Assembly (NCBI GenBank): GCA_002773615.1
Contig: PFAP01000002.1
Location: 1-54,594 of the forward strand
DNA length: 54,594 bases
Direction: 5' to 3'
From: Candidatus Falkowbacteria bacterium CG10_big_fil_rev_8_21_14_0_10_39_11
GTDB lineage: Bacteria > Patescibacteriota > Patescibacteriia > UBA11705
Positions 20,401-28,289 of this stretch are shown in pieces (the stretch's first letter is position 1; each line of letters starts with the position of its first letter). Under the pieces are notes generated by a model. That model searched no databases. It saw nothing but the letters and a program-made list of their open reading frames with translations, and had not been told where the DNA came from. The position numbers and the translations under genes are program-made.

Positions 20401-22063
20401 GCCAAATGCTTGGGTTTGGGTACATGATCCAAACACTGATTATCATAATGGTGTGGCAACGGGTTCGGATGGTACTTATTCAATGTCGGTTAAATCTGGT
20501 ACTGGGTTTAAGATTGGTGTTGATAAACCGAATTATGTATCCCCGGCCCCCCATAATATCAATATTTCCGGAACTGCAAGTTACGATTTTACGAATAATA
20601 TGGGATTGAGTGCGACTCAATATATAATTTCAGGTACGGCTACGGGAACAAATTTGGCTGATGGATTTATTTGGGCTGAAAGTGCGACTGAAGGCTGGTC
20701 TGGTAGCCCAATTGATATTGATGGTACTTTTTCGTTGCCGGTTTCAGATGGTACCTGGACATTGAAAGGTGTGGCGGCTTTGCATGCAGAGACCACCTAT
20801 GGCAGTCCAATTGTCATTGACGGTGCAAGTCAAACCGGAATTTCATTTGCATTGACTTCGGATGTAACCAAATCGGTAAAATCAGCAGTAAATTCAATTA
20901 CGCCATCTGTTGGTGGGGTGATTCAAGACAATGATGTCGGGGCCAAAGTGGTGGTTCCACCAAACGCTTTGGGTAGTGGTTCAAGTGCCGGTAATATGAC
21001 AATGGCAAAATCCTATACGGCTCCATCCACCAACGCATATGCTCCATTGGAAGGGCAATCAATTAATATAAGTGTTACAGACAATAATGGACAACCAATT
21101 ACAAATTTGAACGATCAAGTTGAGCTAACTTTGGATTATTCGGTTGACAATTTGCCTGCTGGGGTAGTAGAAGATGATTTGGTCCCAGCGTATTGGGATG
21201 GTACGACAAATCAATGGATTCCAATTACTGGAGTTCAAGATTCAGATGATAATTCTTTTACCGCACAAACAGATCACTTTACTATTTTTGGTGTGGTTTA
21301 TTCCCCATTGGTATCATCATCAAGTGCAGCTACAAACAGTAGTCGTTCGAGTCAGTTGGCTGAGGAAGGCCGGGTTGAATCAGATGTAACAGGAACAACA
21401 GATTCGATCGAAATTATTGATGAAGCTACTGATTCTGCTGATGAAGAAACCGTAAATGAGGCTACTGATGAAATTACTGATTCTGTTGATGAATTAGAAA
21501 CTGTGACGGAAGTTGTTGAAGAAGTAGTCGAGGATACAACTCGGTATGTCCCTATTTTGCCAACGACTAGAGATTTGGATGGTGAAAAGGATGCGATCTC
21601 AAAATATGTTGGTTTGGAAAACAGGTTGCCAGCTGGTGATGACTGGAAGGTGGTGCAATTTATTACTTATGGCGGTGCCAGTGAGACTCAAAATCTCACC
21701 GATCGTGAAAGAGTTGGGTTGTTGGTAGATTTTAAAGATATGTATGGTCGAGTACCAAGCTCTGATATAGATTGGAAAGATCTTAATCTAATTGCACAGG
21801 GTGAGCAACCAACTCGGATTATACCGCGAGAAGCAGACGCTATTAGAGATTTTATGGATGTTTACGGTCGTTTAGTTAATTTTAAGAGTCAAGTTGAAGA
21901 AAAATTTGTTCACATGGTTGCCTATCGATACCGAGTTGAGTCTAGAGATTTGAACAAGGAAAATACAGCTTTGGGTATATTCTCAAATGCATATGGTTAC
22001 TTGCCAAATAGTGCACATCTTTGGTCAGTGCTTCGTGCAATTGCCTATTCGGGGGTGAAATAA
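14420..22063 (+). CDS. giant surface protein (2547 aa): lamin-tail-like, repeated Ig-like (Big_5-type) and carboxypeptidase-regulatory-like domains
   Basis: signal peptide; FSESMNSSTV/LAPNTTYTV Ig repeats; ISGTV.D...AW repeats; TDHFTIF; C-terminal WSVLRAIAYSG. Confidence 0.9.
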   Translation: MVKQSKNQFRIFTTVLMLATLIWTAGVGGYLLLNPYNVSAGDSPIVFSEVEVSPGISGTNLFTSDSSFESWADSTIPEPFVDMNGNSIRDEDEPYCDLDSGGTHTTYSQALPNSADILGFSFACGGSVTQETTDVYDGSSAIRINTGDGEMWTVYPNETTSISNLTQYTVSFYAKGLVGGEKIYLMFEPTGLDASEYSWNFVTESSAVYEGFITEETSKVYVLTDSWARYTYTFTSDLDGTASIGFVAGGTGDEPAVFMGSGANQVMLIDAVQFEADSTASSYNTGGSAGSNFVELYNRGGGDIDVDGYTVEYKFGAGDWATFGAVSGSNTYSGGYFFNFKASGGDAGITDESTFDSAFLTNSNSIDGLSLRLCSNGADCANTILDTVGFGSTATAYEGVTKDVTGWSQSKSFERKALFDSTAATMASGGSDEPAGNSFDSDNNNWDFVLRTTPEPQVKSSTREVFADNVVFEDVNPYIYHEPVVQADDNGDLYLFAGIFDDSDIATTGVKIYYRVGDSGSFTAANSTKTVTATPDITSSDYYAFIIPQADLQAAVADEGEIQYYLEANDGVYTTTMPDYNPTSYPLSINVTGTYTGANGFSGTVTDTASAAINGALVFINGTGFFTSTDASGNYSFASLPSSYQASGSYRVTAVISNRMDSEYIAYDGDTTVNITLPTDFGNFSGGDKEAPFVSYTSPFDGMYGMPINICDPNDSLPPGVEFCSPIMVGFSESMNSSTVNNTNVTVYNWATSSNLDNLTIEANGSDSEFIIYSTTPLAPNTTYTVSLGTGVKDHASNALGGNMSDGTHEFTFTTEGTEFTGEGDQEFGSGAFQPPFVRTVSPNLGGSNIALNAKLVVDFVTSVDVSETNLARIKLYDGDDEISVTHTYSTDNQRVFLQPSTTLTANTEYEIQVAGSFTSSMGVSLGDPGQSQNSDNYVFFASEFKTGATSDTVGPKVMGHIPASGETSVAVGLSAVEIAVNESLDSSTVNTTNVKLKRGSTVVGAEVVYKETAKAIRILPSSALQANTSYTVTVGVGVTDIVGNAFNQDEDASNGEALEDVYVFQFTTMSTIESTAPTVMDARCDDYQCVITYSESMNHVKQINTEDWTDAVGKWETSVLNKTNYNISVDTGGGLASADLSSVLLSYDGYTNTVSIKNLNLLSGVANPVGQQMPYTVTVYSSVEAGKDGVRDVVGNALAANAVYGGSVELSSATGGFFGPDADGFGSDGPGDFGMHDAATMGEKPIGVWPMNGLVGSTTHYFVDLPVTSVVPNGGIITMLFPSGFNVANAAIDSNSPMNKDVSAGSGNVTLNCSGDAATRLITCTVTGATNTNDYLSFELKGIVNSNIPKDFNTSGYTVEVKTKNGSTLLESFTTMPFFITAGGNNSITLNVYAGAKVDATTGSVDVDGTTMNLFVGSPMTGPLDQTVTFTNGYATATINNLPSGEYFAFTEPSVTLGASDYSGIMPEPIHLNSSVSKDLILSRMDESSAAALTVLLTGDFGADEDVDIFAGHPKGFVVKTIENVGSVVNQPYTVYLPYNGDWFVGMGPSMSKGAVATTIAMPDWMPPKDKMLKVTGVGESVQIKNIETQGDVTSSGVSFAISQANYQINGTVVDGSNNVIANAEVWAYQPMGFGGSGNFTRTGSDGTFTLKIAEYGVYKVGAFLPGMPESPELSINVKANSAEVDGNATSDIYRGGTLVTAGNPFKLKLLKADYTISGKVKDANANAIQYAPVWAEETTTKQLVHAGTDSGGSYVLYVGAGTWLVKSEAPFGSDACGGISKTVTVVDGSKTGQNLEPTAGTCYTLSGTISIGGTLQTNAPVFVDGWTGDLNTGYPNGIFKDAKTNSAGQFSVKVGNGTYRVGTWTSDFGERAILVSISGADSSGNDITVTSDNLKTLTIDFTGGLSSMTGFLEAKKINTSDRRGKPVSNLAASETMQLESGMYKVFLHVDGVGDFNNASVDLSSDASVVFDISSVSLNTLTGTVEDTDGTAVPNAWVWVHDPNTDYHNGVATGSDGTYSMSVKSGTGFKIGVDKPNYVSPAPHNINISGTASYDFTNNMGLSATQYIISGTATGTNLADGFIWAESATEGWSGSPIDIDGTFSLPVSDGTWTLKGVAALHAETTYGSPIVIDGASQTGISFALTSDVTKSVKSAVNSITPSVGGVIQDNDVGAKVVVPPNALGSGSSAGNMTMAKSYTAPSTNAYAPLEGQSINISVTDNNGQPITNLNDQVELTLDYSVDNLPAGVVEDDLVPAYWDGTTNQWIPITGVQDSDDNSFTAQTDHFTIFGVVYSPLVSSSSAATNSSRSSQLAEEGRVESDVTGTTDSIEIIDEATDSADEETVNEATDEITDSVDELETVTEVVEEVVEDTTRYVPILPTTRDLDGEKDAISKYVGLENRLPAGDDWKVVQFITYGGASETQNLTDRERVGLLVDFKDMYGRVPSSDIDWKDLNLIAQGEQPTRIIPREADAIRDFMDVYGRLVNFKSQVEEKFVHMVAYRYRVESRDLNKENTALGIFSNAYGYLPNSAHLWSVLRAIAYSGVK

Positions 22064-22068
22064 GATAT

Positions 22069-22098
22069 AAAAAAAGAGGGCTATTTGCCCTCTTTTTT
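22069..22098 (+). terminator. intrinsic terminator
   Basis: AAAAAAGAGGGC-TATTT-GCCCTCTTTTTT after the giant gene. Confidence 0.8.
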
Positions 22099-22142
22099 GT
22101 TTGTGTTATACTTTCTATATAAAATTAACTTACTCCTCTTAT

Positions 22143-22376
22143 ATGTCCATTTTTGAACGAATTTTCAATAGTAAAAAGCTGTTTCGGAATTTTATTATTG
22201 TGGTGGTTGTCTTGTTTGTGTTAAATTTGATTCTGACTATTATATTGGTGGTCAAAGTGGTTACCGTACAAAAGTCCATTGATACTTATCAGGCCAAGGA
22301 GGCTCAAATTCTGAATCAGATTTATGGTAGAACCTGGACTATTCAAGGATCGCTCGAAGGAAAAAATACGCAATAA
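22143..22376 (+). CDS. small single-pass membrane protein
   Basis: ATG 22143, one TM helix and a coiled segment. Confidence 0.65.
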   Translation: MSIFERIFNSKKLFRNFIIVVVVLFVLNLILTIILVVKVVTVQKSIDTYQAKEAQILNQIYGRTWTIQGSLEGKNTQ

Positions 22377-22390
22377 ATTTATTTGACCCA

Positions 22391-22789
22391 TTACTGACGA
22401 AAATATTGTTTGAAGTATGGGTCTTTTTTGATTTTGACGATATTTTTATCCACTTGATTATAGAAGGCTGGAAAGTGTTGTCTGACAATGTTGCGGCCTT
22501 TGTATCTTTGGTAATACGGTGGTTTTTGAATATGGGCAATCTCGTGTGCCAAAGTTCGCAGTAGTGAATTGATACTTTTGGGTTTATGGGTCTTGGGGGT
22601 GAAAATATCAAGGGCGATAATTTTTTTCTTAAAATTAATATAACCCAAAGTCAGACTATCTGGATTGGCCGGTTTGCGGCGGTTAATAATGTGGAGTTTG
22701 TAATTTTTGTACCTGAATAATTTGTTAACAATTTGATGGAAAACCAGTTCAACAAATTCATGGTAGCGCTCGTTTTTATATAAGGTCAT
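22391..22789 (-). CDS. HExxH zinc metallopeptidase-like protein (WLM/SprT-like)
   Basis: TLAHEIAH with downstream HFPAFY. Confidence 0.7.
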   Translation of the reverse strand: MTLYKNERYHEFVELVFHQIVNKLFRYKNYKLHIINRRKPANPDSLTLGYINFKKKIIALDIFTPKTHKPKSINSLLRTLAHEIAHIQKPPYYQRYKGRNIVRQHFPAFYNQVDKNIVKIKKDPYFKQYFRQ

Positions 22790-22794
22790 AATAA

Positions 22795-23289
22795 TTATTC
22801 TCTGACAATTTTCCCTTTGACTATGTTCTTAATATTTGGTGGGAGTTGAATTGGACAATTCCTAATATATAGGTTCCTTTTTATATATTGAAAGTTTGGA
22901 GGCCATTTTTTTACTTTCGTGTTATCGAGAGTCAGGGCACCGCCGATGTATTGCAAGCTGCTGGGAAGAGTTTCGATGTCTTGTCCGTTAAGGTCAAGAA
23001 CTCCATTTATTCGAGTTAGCCCTTCCGGGAGTTCAGATATTTTGTTTGGCCAAAAATCAAGACTAAATTTTGTTTCGATTTTTCCGTTTGGGAAAACAAG
23101 GCTATTGTCGGCGTATGTCCAGGGTTCATAAATCCCGGCTTTGCTGGCCCACTCATTACATTGTTTTTTTGTCCATGGCTTTGATTTTTGTTCTTCGACT
23201 AAGTCTGATATGGCGTCGATCATTTCTTGAATTGATTGGATTAAGTTTATATCCTCCCAAATTTTATCTACTGAGTTTTGTTTAATCAA
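22795..23289 (-). CDS. short leucine-rich-repeat-like protein (start uncertain)
   Basis: LPEGLTRINGVLDL / LPSSLQYIGGALTL repeats; TTG start. Confidence 0.6.
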   Translation of the reverse strand: MIKQNSVDKIWEDINLIQSIQEMIDAISDLVEEQKSKPWTKKQCNEWASKAGIYEPWTYADNSLVFPNGKIETKFSLDFWPNKISELPEGLTRINGVLDLNGQDIETLPSSLQYIGGALTLDNTKVKKWPPNFQYIKRNLYIRNCPIQLPPNIKNIVKGKIVRE

Positions 23290-23466
23290 AGAATCAATTT
23301 GACCAGTAGTCGTTTGTGCTGGTTTTGGCGGTCAGGGTTTTTTGAATTTAAAATTATAAACTGACGTGATTAGTTCATTTAATTTGTTTTCTTTTAGTGA
23401 TATATTAAGACGGTTAATCCCCGCTCAAGAGTTGCTTGGCGGGGATCTGTCTAGAACTGAAAAGGT

Positions 23467-24690
23467 TTATGGTAAATAAAGTAACGGATCAACCGGAATG
23501 CCATTGAGACGAACTTCAAAGTGAAGATGAGGTCCGGTGGTGAGGTTTCCCGCGCCCCTGGTTCCTGGTGTTCCACCGCTAAGACCAATAACCTCGCCCT
23601 TGGAGATATATTCGTCTGGTGAAACATATATGGCACTAACATGGCCATAGACGGTCGATAAGCCGTTGGCGTGAATCAGGGCAATGTAACTATACCCCAT
23701 TCCGGCGTCGCGAGCTTTGAGTACATAGCCGTCAGCCGCAGCTCGGATTGAGGTCCCCTGTCCGGCTCGGATATCTACGGCTGGGTGCTCGAAGATATTC
23801 CGGAATGGGTATGATTTGTCGTGAAAGTATGCGGTGATCTTGGTCTTTGGTACCGGCCAGATTAGTGTGCTGTCGGTTAGGGCCGGTTGTTCGTTGTTGG
23901 TGCCGGCGTCGATTTGGGCGCGTTTTTGTTTCTCCAAGTTGTAGATATCTGAGTTGGCAGCTTCTTGTTCTTGTTTGGCTTGCCAGAATAGATCGTAGAA
24001 TTTTTGTTCAGATTCTTTGGTGTCGAGTAACAAGTCGTCTTTGTAATTAATTTCGCCGGTGTATTCAGCTTGTTGGATTTTTAGTTCTTGACGAAGATTG
24101 GTGAGCTGTTCGTGTTTTTTGTTCAGTTCTGACTTTTGTTTTTCAAGTTCTTCTTTCAAGCGTTTGATTGAGTCAAGGGATTTTTGTAGGTTGTTTGATA
24201 ATATTTTGGTGTTTTCTAGGTGGATGAAAAAGTCTGATAGAGAATTGTTGAGAACGAATATTTCCAAAGCGTTGATGTTGTCTTGTTCATGAAGATGTTT
24301 TAACGTTCCGCCTAATTCTCGTTTCTTTTTGCTGATGTTGTTTTCATGTTCTAAAATGGTTAGTTCGGTTTGACGAATTTCCAGCTCATTTTTCTTTACT
24401 TCTTGTTCCGTGGTATCGATCTCCAGTTTTGTTTGGGCGATTTTATTGGTTAGAATGTCTATTTGGTTTTTGAGAGTGACGGCTTCTTCCTGTTTTTTTT
24501 GGATGTTTTTTTTGTAGATGTCTTGTTGTTTTTGTAGTTCTTCGATTTTTCCTTTGCTTTCAATGATCTGAGCGTCAATGTCGTCAACTGATGAAGCCAG
24601 TGCGGATAAAATCGGAGTAGCGCAAAATAAGCTTAATATTAATAAGCTGCTAAATAAGAGGTTGAGGAATTTATAATGCATTTTCATCAA
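23467..24690 (-). CDS. M23 family peptidoglycan endopeptidase with coiled coil
   Basis: signal peptide, long coiled coil, HPAVDI, YGH, TGPHLHFEVR. Confidence 0.93.
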   Translation of the reverse strand: MMKMHYKFLNLLFSSLLILSLFCATPILSALASSVDDIDAQIIESKGKIEELQKQQDIYKKNIQKKQEEAVTLKNQIDILTNKIAQTKLEIDTTEQEVKKNELEIRQTELTILEHENNISKKKRELGGTLKHLHEQDNINALEIFVLNNSLSDFFIHLENTKILSNNLQKSLDSIKRLKEELEKQKSELNKKHEQLTNLRQELKIQQAEYTGEINYKDDLLLDTKESEQKFYDLFWQAKQEQEAANSDIYNLEKQKRAQIDAGTNNEQPALTDSTLIWPVPKTKITAYFHDKSYPFRNIFEHPAVDIRAGQGTSIRAAADGYVLKARDAGMGYSYIALIHANGLSTVYGHVSAIYVSPDEYISKGEVIGLSGGTPGTRGAGNLTTGPHLHFEVRLNGIPVDPLLYLP

Positions 24691-24756
24691 TAGGTATTAT
24701 AGCAAATTTATTGTGAATAATAAAATATGATTGTTGAAAAAAATAGTCCGTGTGGA

Positions 24757-26298
24757 CTACTTTTTGCTTAATTCCAGTATGGCCTCTTTTAGGCGTTGCG
24801 TTGTTCTGTCTTTGCCCAGGACGTGGGCGATTTCAAATGGACCCGGTGATTTCTCTTGTCCGGAGAGAGCGACTCGCATCGGCCATAAAACATCACCGTT
24901 TTGGAGGTTGTTATCTTCAATGATTTTTTTTATCTCTTTTTCAATGTTTTCAGCCGAGAAATCTTCATTTGGTACGCTGTGTATTGTTTCCAATATGTAT
25001 TGAAGGGCTTGGAGCGTAGTTTTGTGGTCTGATTTTTTGAATATGAGCGTTTGGGAGTCAAAATTTAATTTTGATGGAAAAACAAATTGGATTGCGTCAG
25101 AAATTTCATTGGTTTTTTTGATTCGGTTCTTTTCCAGTGAACAATAGTTTTTTATATCGTTGAATGAAATCTCTTTATTTGTCAGGTTGTTGATGTATTG
25201 ATTTTCACTCTTTGGTGAGATTAATTTTGCTTCAATTAGGAATGGCAAGCATTCGGTAGCGAAGTTTTCGTCAGATAGTTCTCTCAGATACATACCGTTG
25301 ATCCAATCTAATTTTTCTAAATCAAATATGGCGCCTTTTTTGTGGACATTATCGAGTGAAAATTGTTTGATCATTTCATCTACAGTGTATATCTCTTGTT
25401 CTGTACCGGCGTTCCATCCCAGTAAGGCAATAAAGTTGATCAAAGCATTTTTAATATATCCAGATTTGATAAAATCTTTGACTGAGACGTCGCCATCTCG
25501 TTTACTCATTTTCTTTTTACTTTGGTTTAGAATTTGCGGTAGATGGGCAAACCTCGGTGGCTGCCAATCAAAAGCATCATATAACATTACATGCTTGGGG
25601 GTGCTGGAGATCCATTCGTCACCACGCATGACATGAGTGATTTTCATCAAATGGTCGTCAACGATGTTGGCAAAGTGATAGGTCGGAAATTGATCAGCCT
25701 TGATCAGAACAAAGTCATCCAAATCTTTGGTATTGACCTTGATGGTGCCTCGAATCTCATCGTCAAAAACAACCTCTTTGTCTTCTGGCATTTTGAAGCG
25801 GATAACTCTGGATTCGTTATAAGTTAATTTTTTGTGTATTTCTTCTTTTGATAAGTGGCGGCATAAACCATCATACTTTGGTGGCAGTTTGTCTTTTTTT
25901 TGTTGTTCGCGAAGTTCGTTAATTCTTTCTTTGGAGCAAAAACAGTAATAGGCTTTATTTTTATCTAACAGAGTCTGAATATGTTTGGTGTATATGTCTA
26001 ATCTTTCAGATTGGATATAGGGACCGTAGTCCCCTTTTTGGATGATTTTCCCGTCAACGATAAATGGTCCTTCGTCATAGCTGAAATCGGCCCATTCAAG
26101 AGTCTTGAGTAAGTCTTCCAGTGCGCCGTCGACATATCTGGTGCGATCTGTGTCTTCAATGCGGACAATAAAAGTACCATCATTATGACGAGCAAAGAGA
26201 TAGTTGTATAAAATTGTTCTTAGGTTACCGACATGGACAAAACCGGTTGGACTGGGGGCGATACGGACGCGGACGTTAGTTGGGGTCTTTGAGGACAT
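24757..26298 (-). CDS. gltX: glutamate--tRNA ligase
   Basis: RIAPSPTGFVHVGN (HIGH), RIEDTD, KMSKR. Confidence 0.97.
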   Translation of the reverse strand: MSSKTPTNVRVRIAPSPTGFVHVGNLRTILYNYLFARHNDGTFIVRIEDTDRTRYVDGALEDLLKTLEWADFSYDEGPFIVDGKIIQKGDYGPYIQSERLDIYTKHIQTLLDKNKAYYCFCSKERINELREQQKKDKLPPKYDGLCRHLSKEEIHKKLTYNESRVIRFKMPEDKEVVFDDEIRGTIKVNTKDLDDFVLIKADQFPTYHFANIVDDHLMKITHVMRGDEWISSTPKHVMLYDAFDWQPPRFAHLPQILNQSKKKMSKRDGDVSVKDFIKSGYIKNALINFIALLGWNAGTEQEIYTVDEMIKQFSLDNVHKKGAIFDLEKLDWINGMYLRELSDENFATECLPFLIEAKLISPKSENQYINNLTNKEISFNDIKNYCSLEKNRIKKTNEISDAIQFVFPSKLNFDSQTLIFKKSDHKTTLQALQYILETIHSVPNEDFSAENIEKEIKKIIEDNNLQNGDVLWPMRVALSGQEKSPGPFEIAHVLGKDRTTQRLKEAILELSKK

Positions 26299-26423
26299 AT
26301 TTTTAAATTATAAATTGTAGGAAGGTTACTTAATAATAAAAACTATAATGTTTTGTTTCAATAATACGTTTTTTGAAGACAAAGTCAATGTTTCTTGTAT
26401 GAGAGTATACTCGTGACAGTTAC

Positions 26424-26485
26424 CCTTCCCGCCTTCACAATAGTTTCGGCGGACAGGCGAGTGCCCTGCCTGCCGGTAGGTAAGG
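26424..26485. repeat. two adjacent palindromic elements (CCTTCCCGCC...GGCGGACAGG and CCTGCCTGCCGGTAGG)
   Basis: same families occur at 6935, 47852 and 50589. Confidence 0.65.
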
Positions 26486-26624
26486 CTCTCGAAGTATAGT
26501 TACTTAGCACTTATTCATATACATATTTATATCACAACTATCAAGTTTAGTGAAGTATTTCTAAAATGGTGACGTCTTTAAGTGCCTTAAATTAGCTATT
26601 TTTGTAAAATTGTGTTAACTGGTA

Positions 26625-26653
26625 TTGACACTATTGAAAAACTATGCTATAAT
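26625..26653 (+). promoter_or_regulatory. perfect sigma70 promoter P1
   Basis: TTGACA 26625-30, 17 nt, TG-C-TATAAT 26648-53. Confidence 0.85.
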
Positions 26654-26769
26654 GGTTTATTAAGCTGAGAAATTTGTGAGTTCATTATAAGACATCTGGA
26701 TCATTTTGTTGAGGCAACGCCTCTCTATAGTATATAGCTTGTCGTTATATTATATAGATATTTTTAGCC

Positions 26770-26798
26770 TTGACAAAATAATTTAAGTGTGTTATAAT
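26770..26798 (+). promoter_or_regulatory. perfect sigma70 promoter P2
   Basis: TTGACA 26770-75, 17 nt, TG-T-TATAAT 26793-98. Confidence 0.85.
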
Positions 26799-26804
26799 AT
26801 TCAC

Positions 26805-27085
26805 ATGATCATTAAAATGTGAGGTAATTTAAAGCAACAACTCTTATTGAATTTGCACATTGTCATTCACGGGTTTAACCCGGGAATTTACAAGGTCAAA
26901 TTCAATGAGGGTTGTGAGATAGTGTCTCCTACCCTGTAGCGTCGCGAAAGGTTCGGCTCGGATTCGTTGATTCACTCTGGTCCTAACATAAACAGGACCT
27001 TTGGGCTATTGCAGCCGACAAACGTGAAATCAACTTTTCCATGGCCGGACCGATCACCTTTCGAATGGGGTTAAATCCCCTTTAT
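26805..27085 (+). ncRNA. structured 5' leader or ncRNA of unknown family
   Basis: rod-like hairpin 26837-26915 with G-U pairs; multibranch domain 26945-27063; hairpin 27067-27080. Confidence 0.6.
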
Positions 27086-27097
27086 TGGAGGATCTAC

Positions 27098-28219
27098 ATG
27101 TCCAACGTGAAGCAGGCCACCGAGATTCAGTTCTCCTACCCGACGTCGATTCAGGCTCTCGTGGCCGAAAACGGAAGCGCGTTCAATCCGAACGCGCTCG
27201 TCCAGTCGGAACTGTTCGTGACCGCGGGCCAGACGCAGGCGCCGCGACCGTTCCAAGCGCGCTATGCGCGCGTGCTGGTCGACAGCGGGCGTCTGTTCAA
27301 CGCGAACGACTCCGGAGTGGTGCTCCGGAGCGTTGGCGCGGTCAACATGAAACTGAGAGCGGCCGGGAAGCCCCTGGTCGACGGCAGTTTCATTCCGCTC
27401 GCCGAGGCGCTCGGCATTCGCCGGGCCCGTGACCAGTACGGTGACGACCTCGAGTCGCTGCTCATCAGCGACGACGAGAAGGTCATCCTGACCGGAGAGG
27501 AGGTCCGTGACCTGGACCTCGATCCCATCACGCTCCAGGAGCGTATGGGTTCCGGTGCCGGAGTGATGGATTTGGAGCGTGTCGCCCGCTGGGAACAGCG
27601 GATGCGCCTCTACGAGGCCGCGATCGAGGCGAACTCGGCGATCTTCGCCGAGCTCAAGGGCAACATCGAACAGGACACGCGGAACGGATGGAGTGAGGCG
27701 ATCTGCCAGACCACCGAGGCGTGGCTCAAGTTCGTGGAAGCCATGAACGCCTTCGCGGAGGAGATGGGCTTCAAGTGGGACGGTACGCCGGCCCCGCCGA
27801 CCCCCCCCGCCTTCCCGCTCGCCGTCCTTCGCATCTACGCGAGGGGCAAGGGCCTCCGGTTCGTCCTTCTCGTCCCGGACAATCGCCACAAGGCGGCGGC
27901 GATGATGAAGTGGAGCGAGCAGATGGAGCACGCTCGCGAGCCGGAGAACTATCGGGACTTCACCGACAAGGTTCTGGCTCCCCTGAACATCATGCAGGCT
28001 CGCCTGCGTGAGAACGGGGTTCCGCAGGACGCTCCCACCTTCCAGGACAAGGCGGAAGTGCTCACCACGAACTTCCTCAGCGTCGCTGGGGTGTCGCTGG
28101 AAGAGCTGGCCGATCAGTCCCGGGCGCCGCGCGAGGACCGGCCCCGTGGCAAGGGTAAGCGCGGTGACCGTCACTCGCGCAGGTCCCAGGGTCACCAGTG
28201 GGTGCCCAACGCCGACTGA
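27098..28219 (+). CDS. GC-rich orphan protein with Arg/Lys-rich C-terminal tail
   Basis: GGAGG SD at 27087-91 before ATG 27098; strong C/G third-position bias; terminator downstream. Confidence 0.85.
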   Translation: MSNVKQATEIQFSYPTSIQALVAENGSAFNPNALVQSELFVTAGQTQAPRPFQARYARVLVDSGRLFNANDSGVVLRSVGAVNMKLRAAGKPLVDGSFIPLAEALGIRRARDQYGDDLESLLISDDEKVILTGEEVRDLDLDPITLQERMGSGAGVMDLERVARWEQRMRLYEAAIEANSAIFAELKGNIEQDTRNGWSEAICQTTEAWLKFVEAMNAFAEEMGFKWDGTPAPPTPPAFPLAVLRIYARGKGLRFVLLVPDNRHKAAAMMKWSEQMEHAREPENYRDFTDKVLAPLNIMQARLRENGVPQDAPTFQDKAEVLTTNFLSVAGVSLEELADQSRAPREDRPRGKGKRGDRHSRRSQGHQWVPNAD

Positions 28220-28289
28220 GACCGCTGAGTTTGAGACGACCTCACATTCCCCGTGATCCTTCCGCCTCTTCCGAGGCAAGAACGAAAAT

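Noticed and set aside
23417-23447. Hairpin ATCCCCGC...GCGGGGAT
   Set aside because: Most simply the terminator of the minus-strand M23 peptidase gene
27050-27063. GATCACCTTTC resembling a 16S rRNA 3' end
   Set aside because: No other rRNA sequence nearby; it is part of a leader stem
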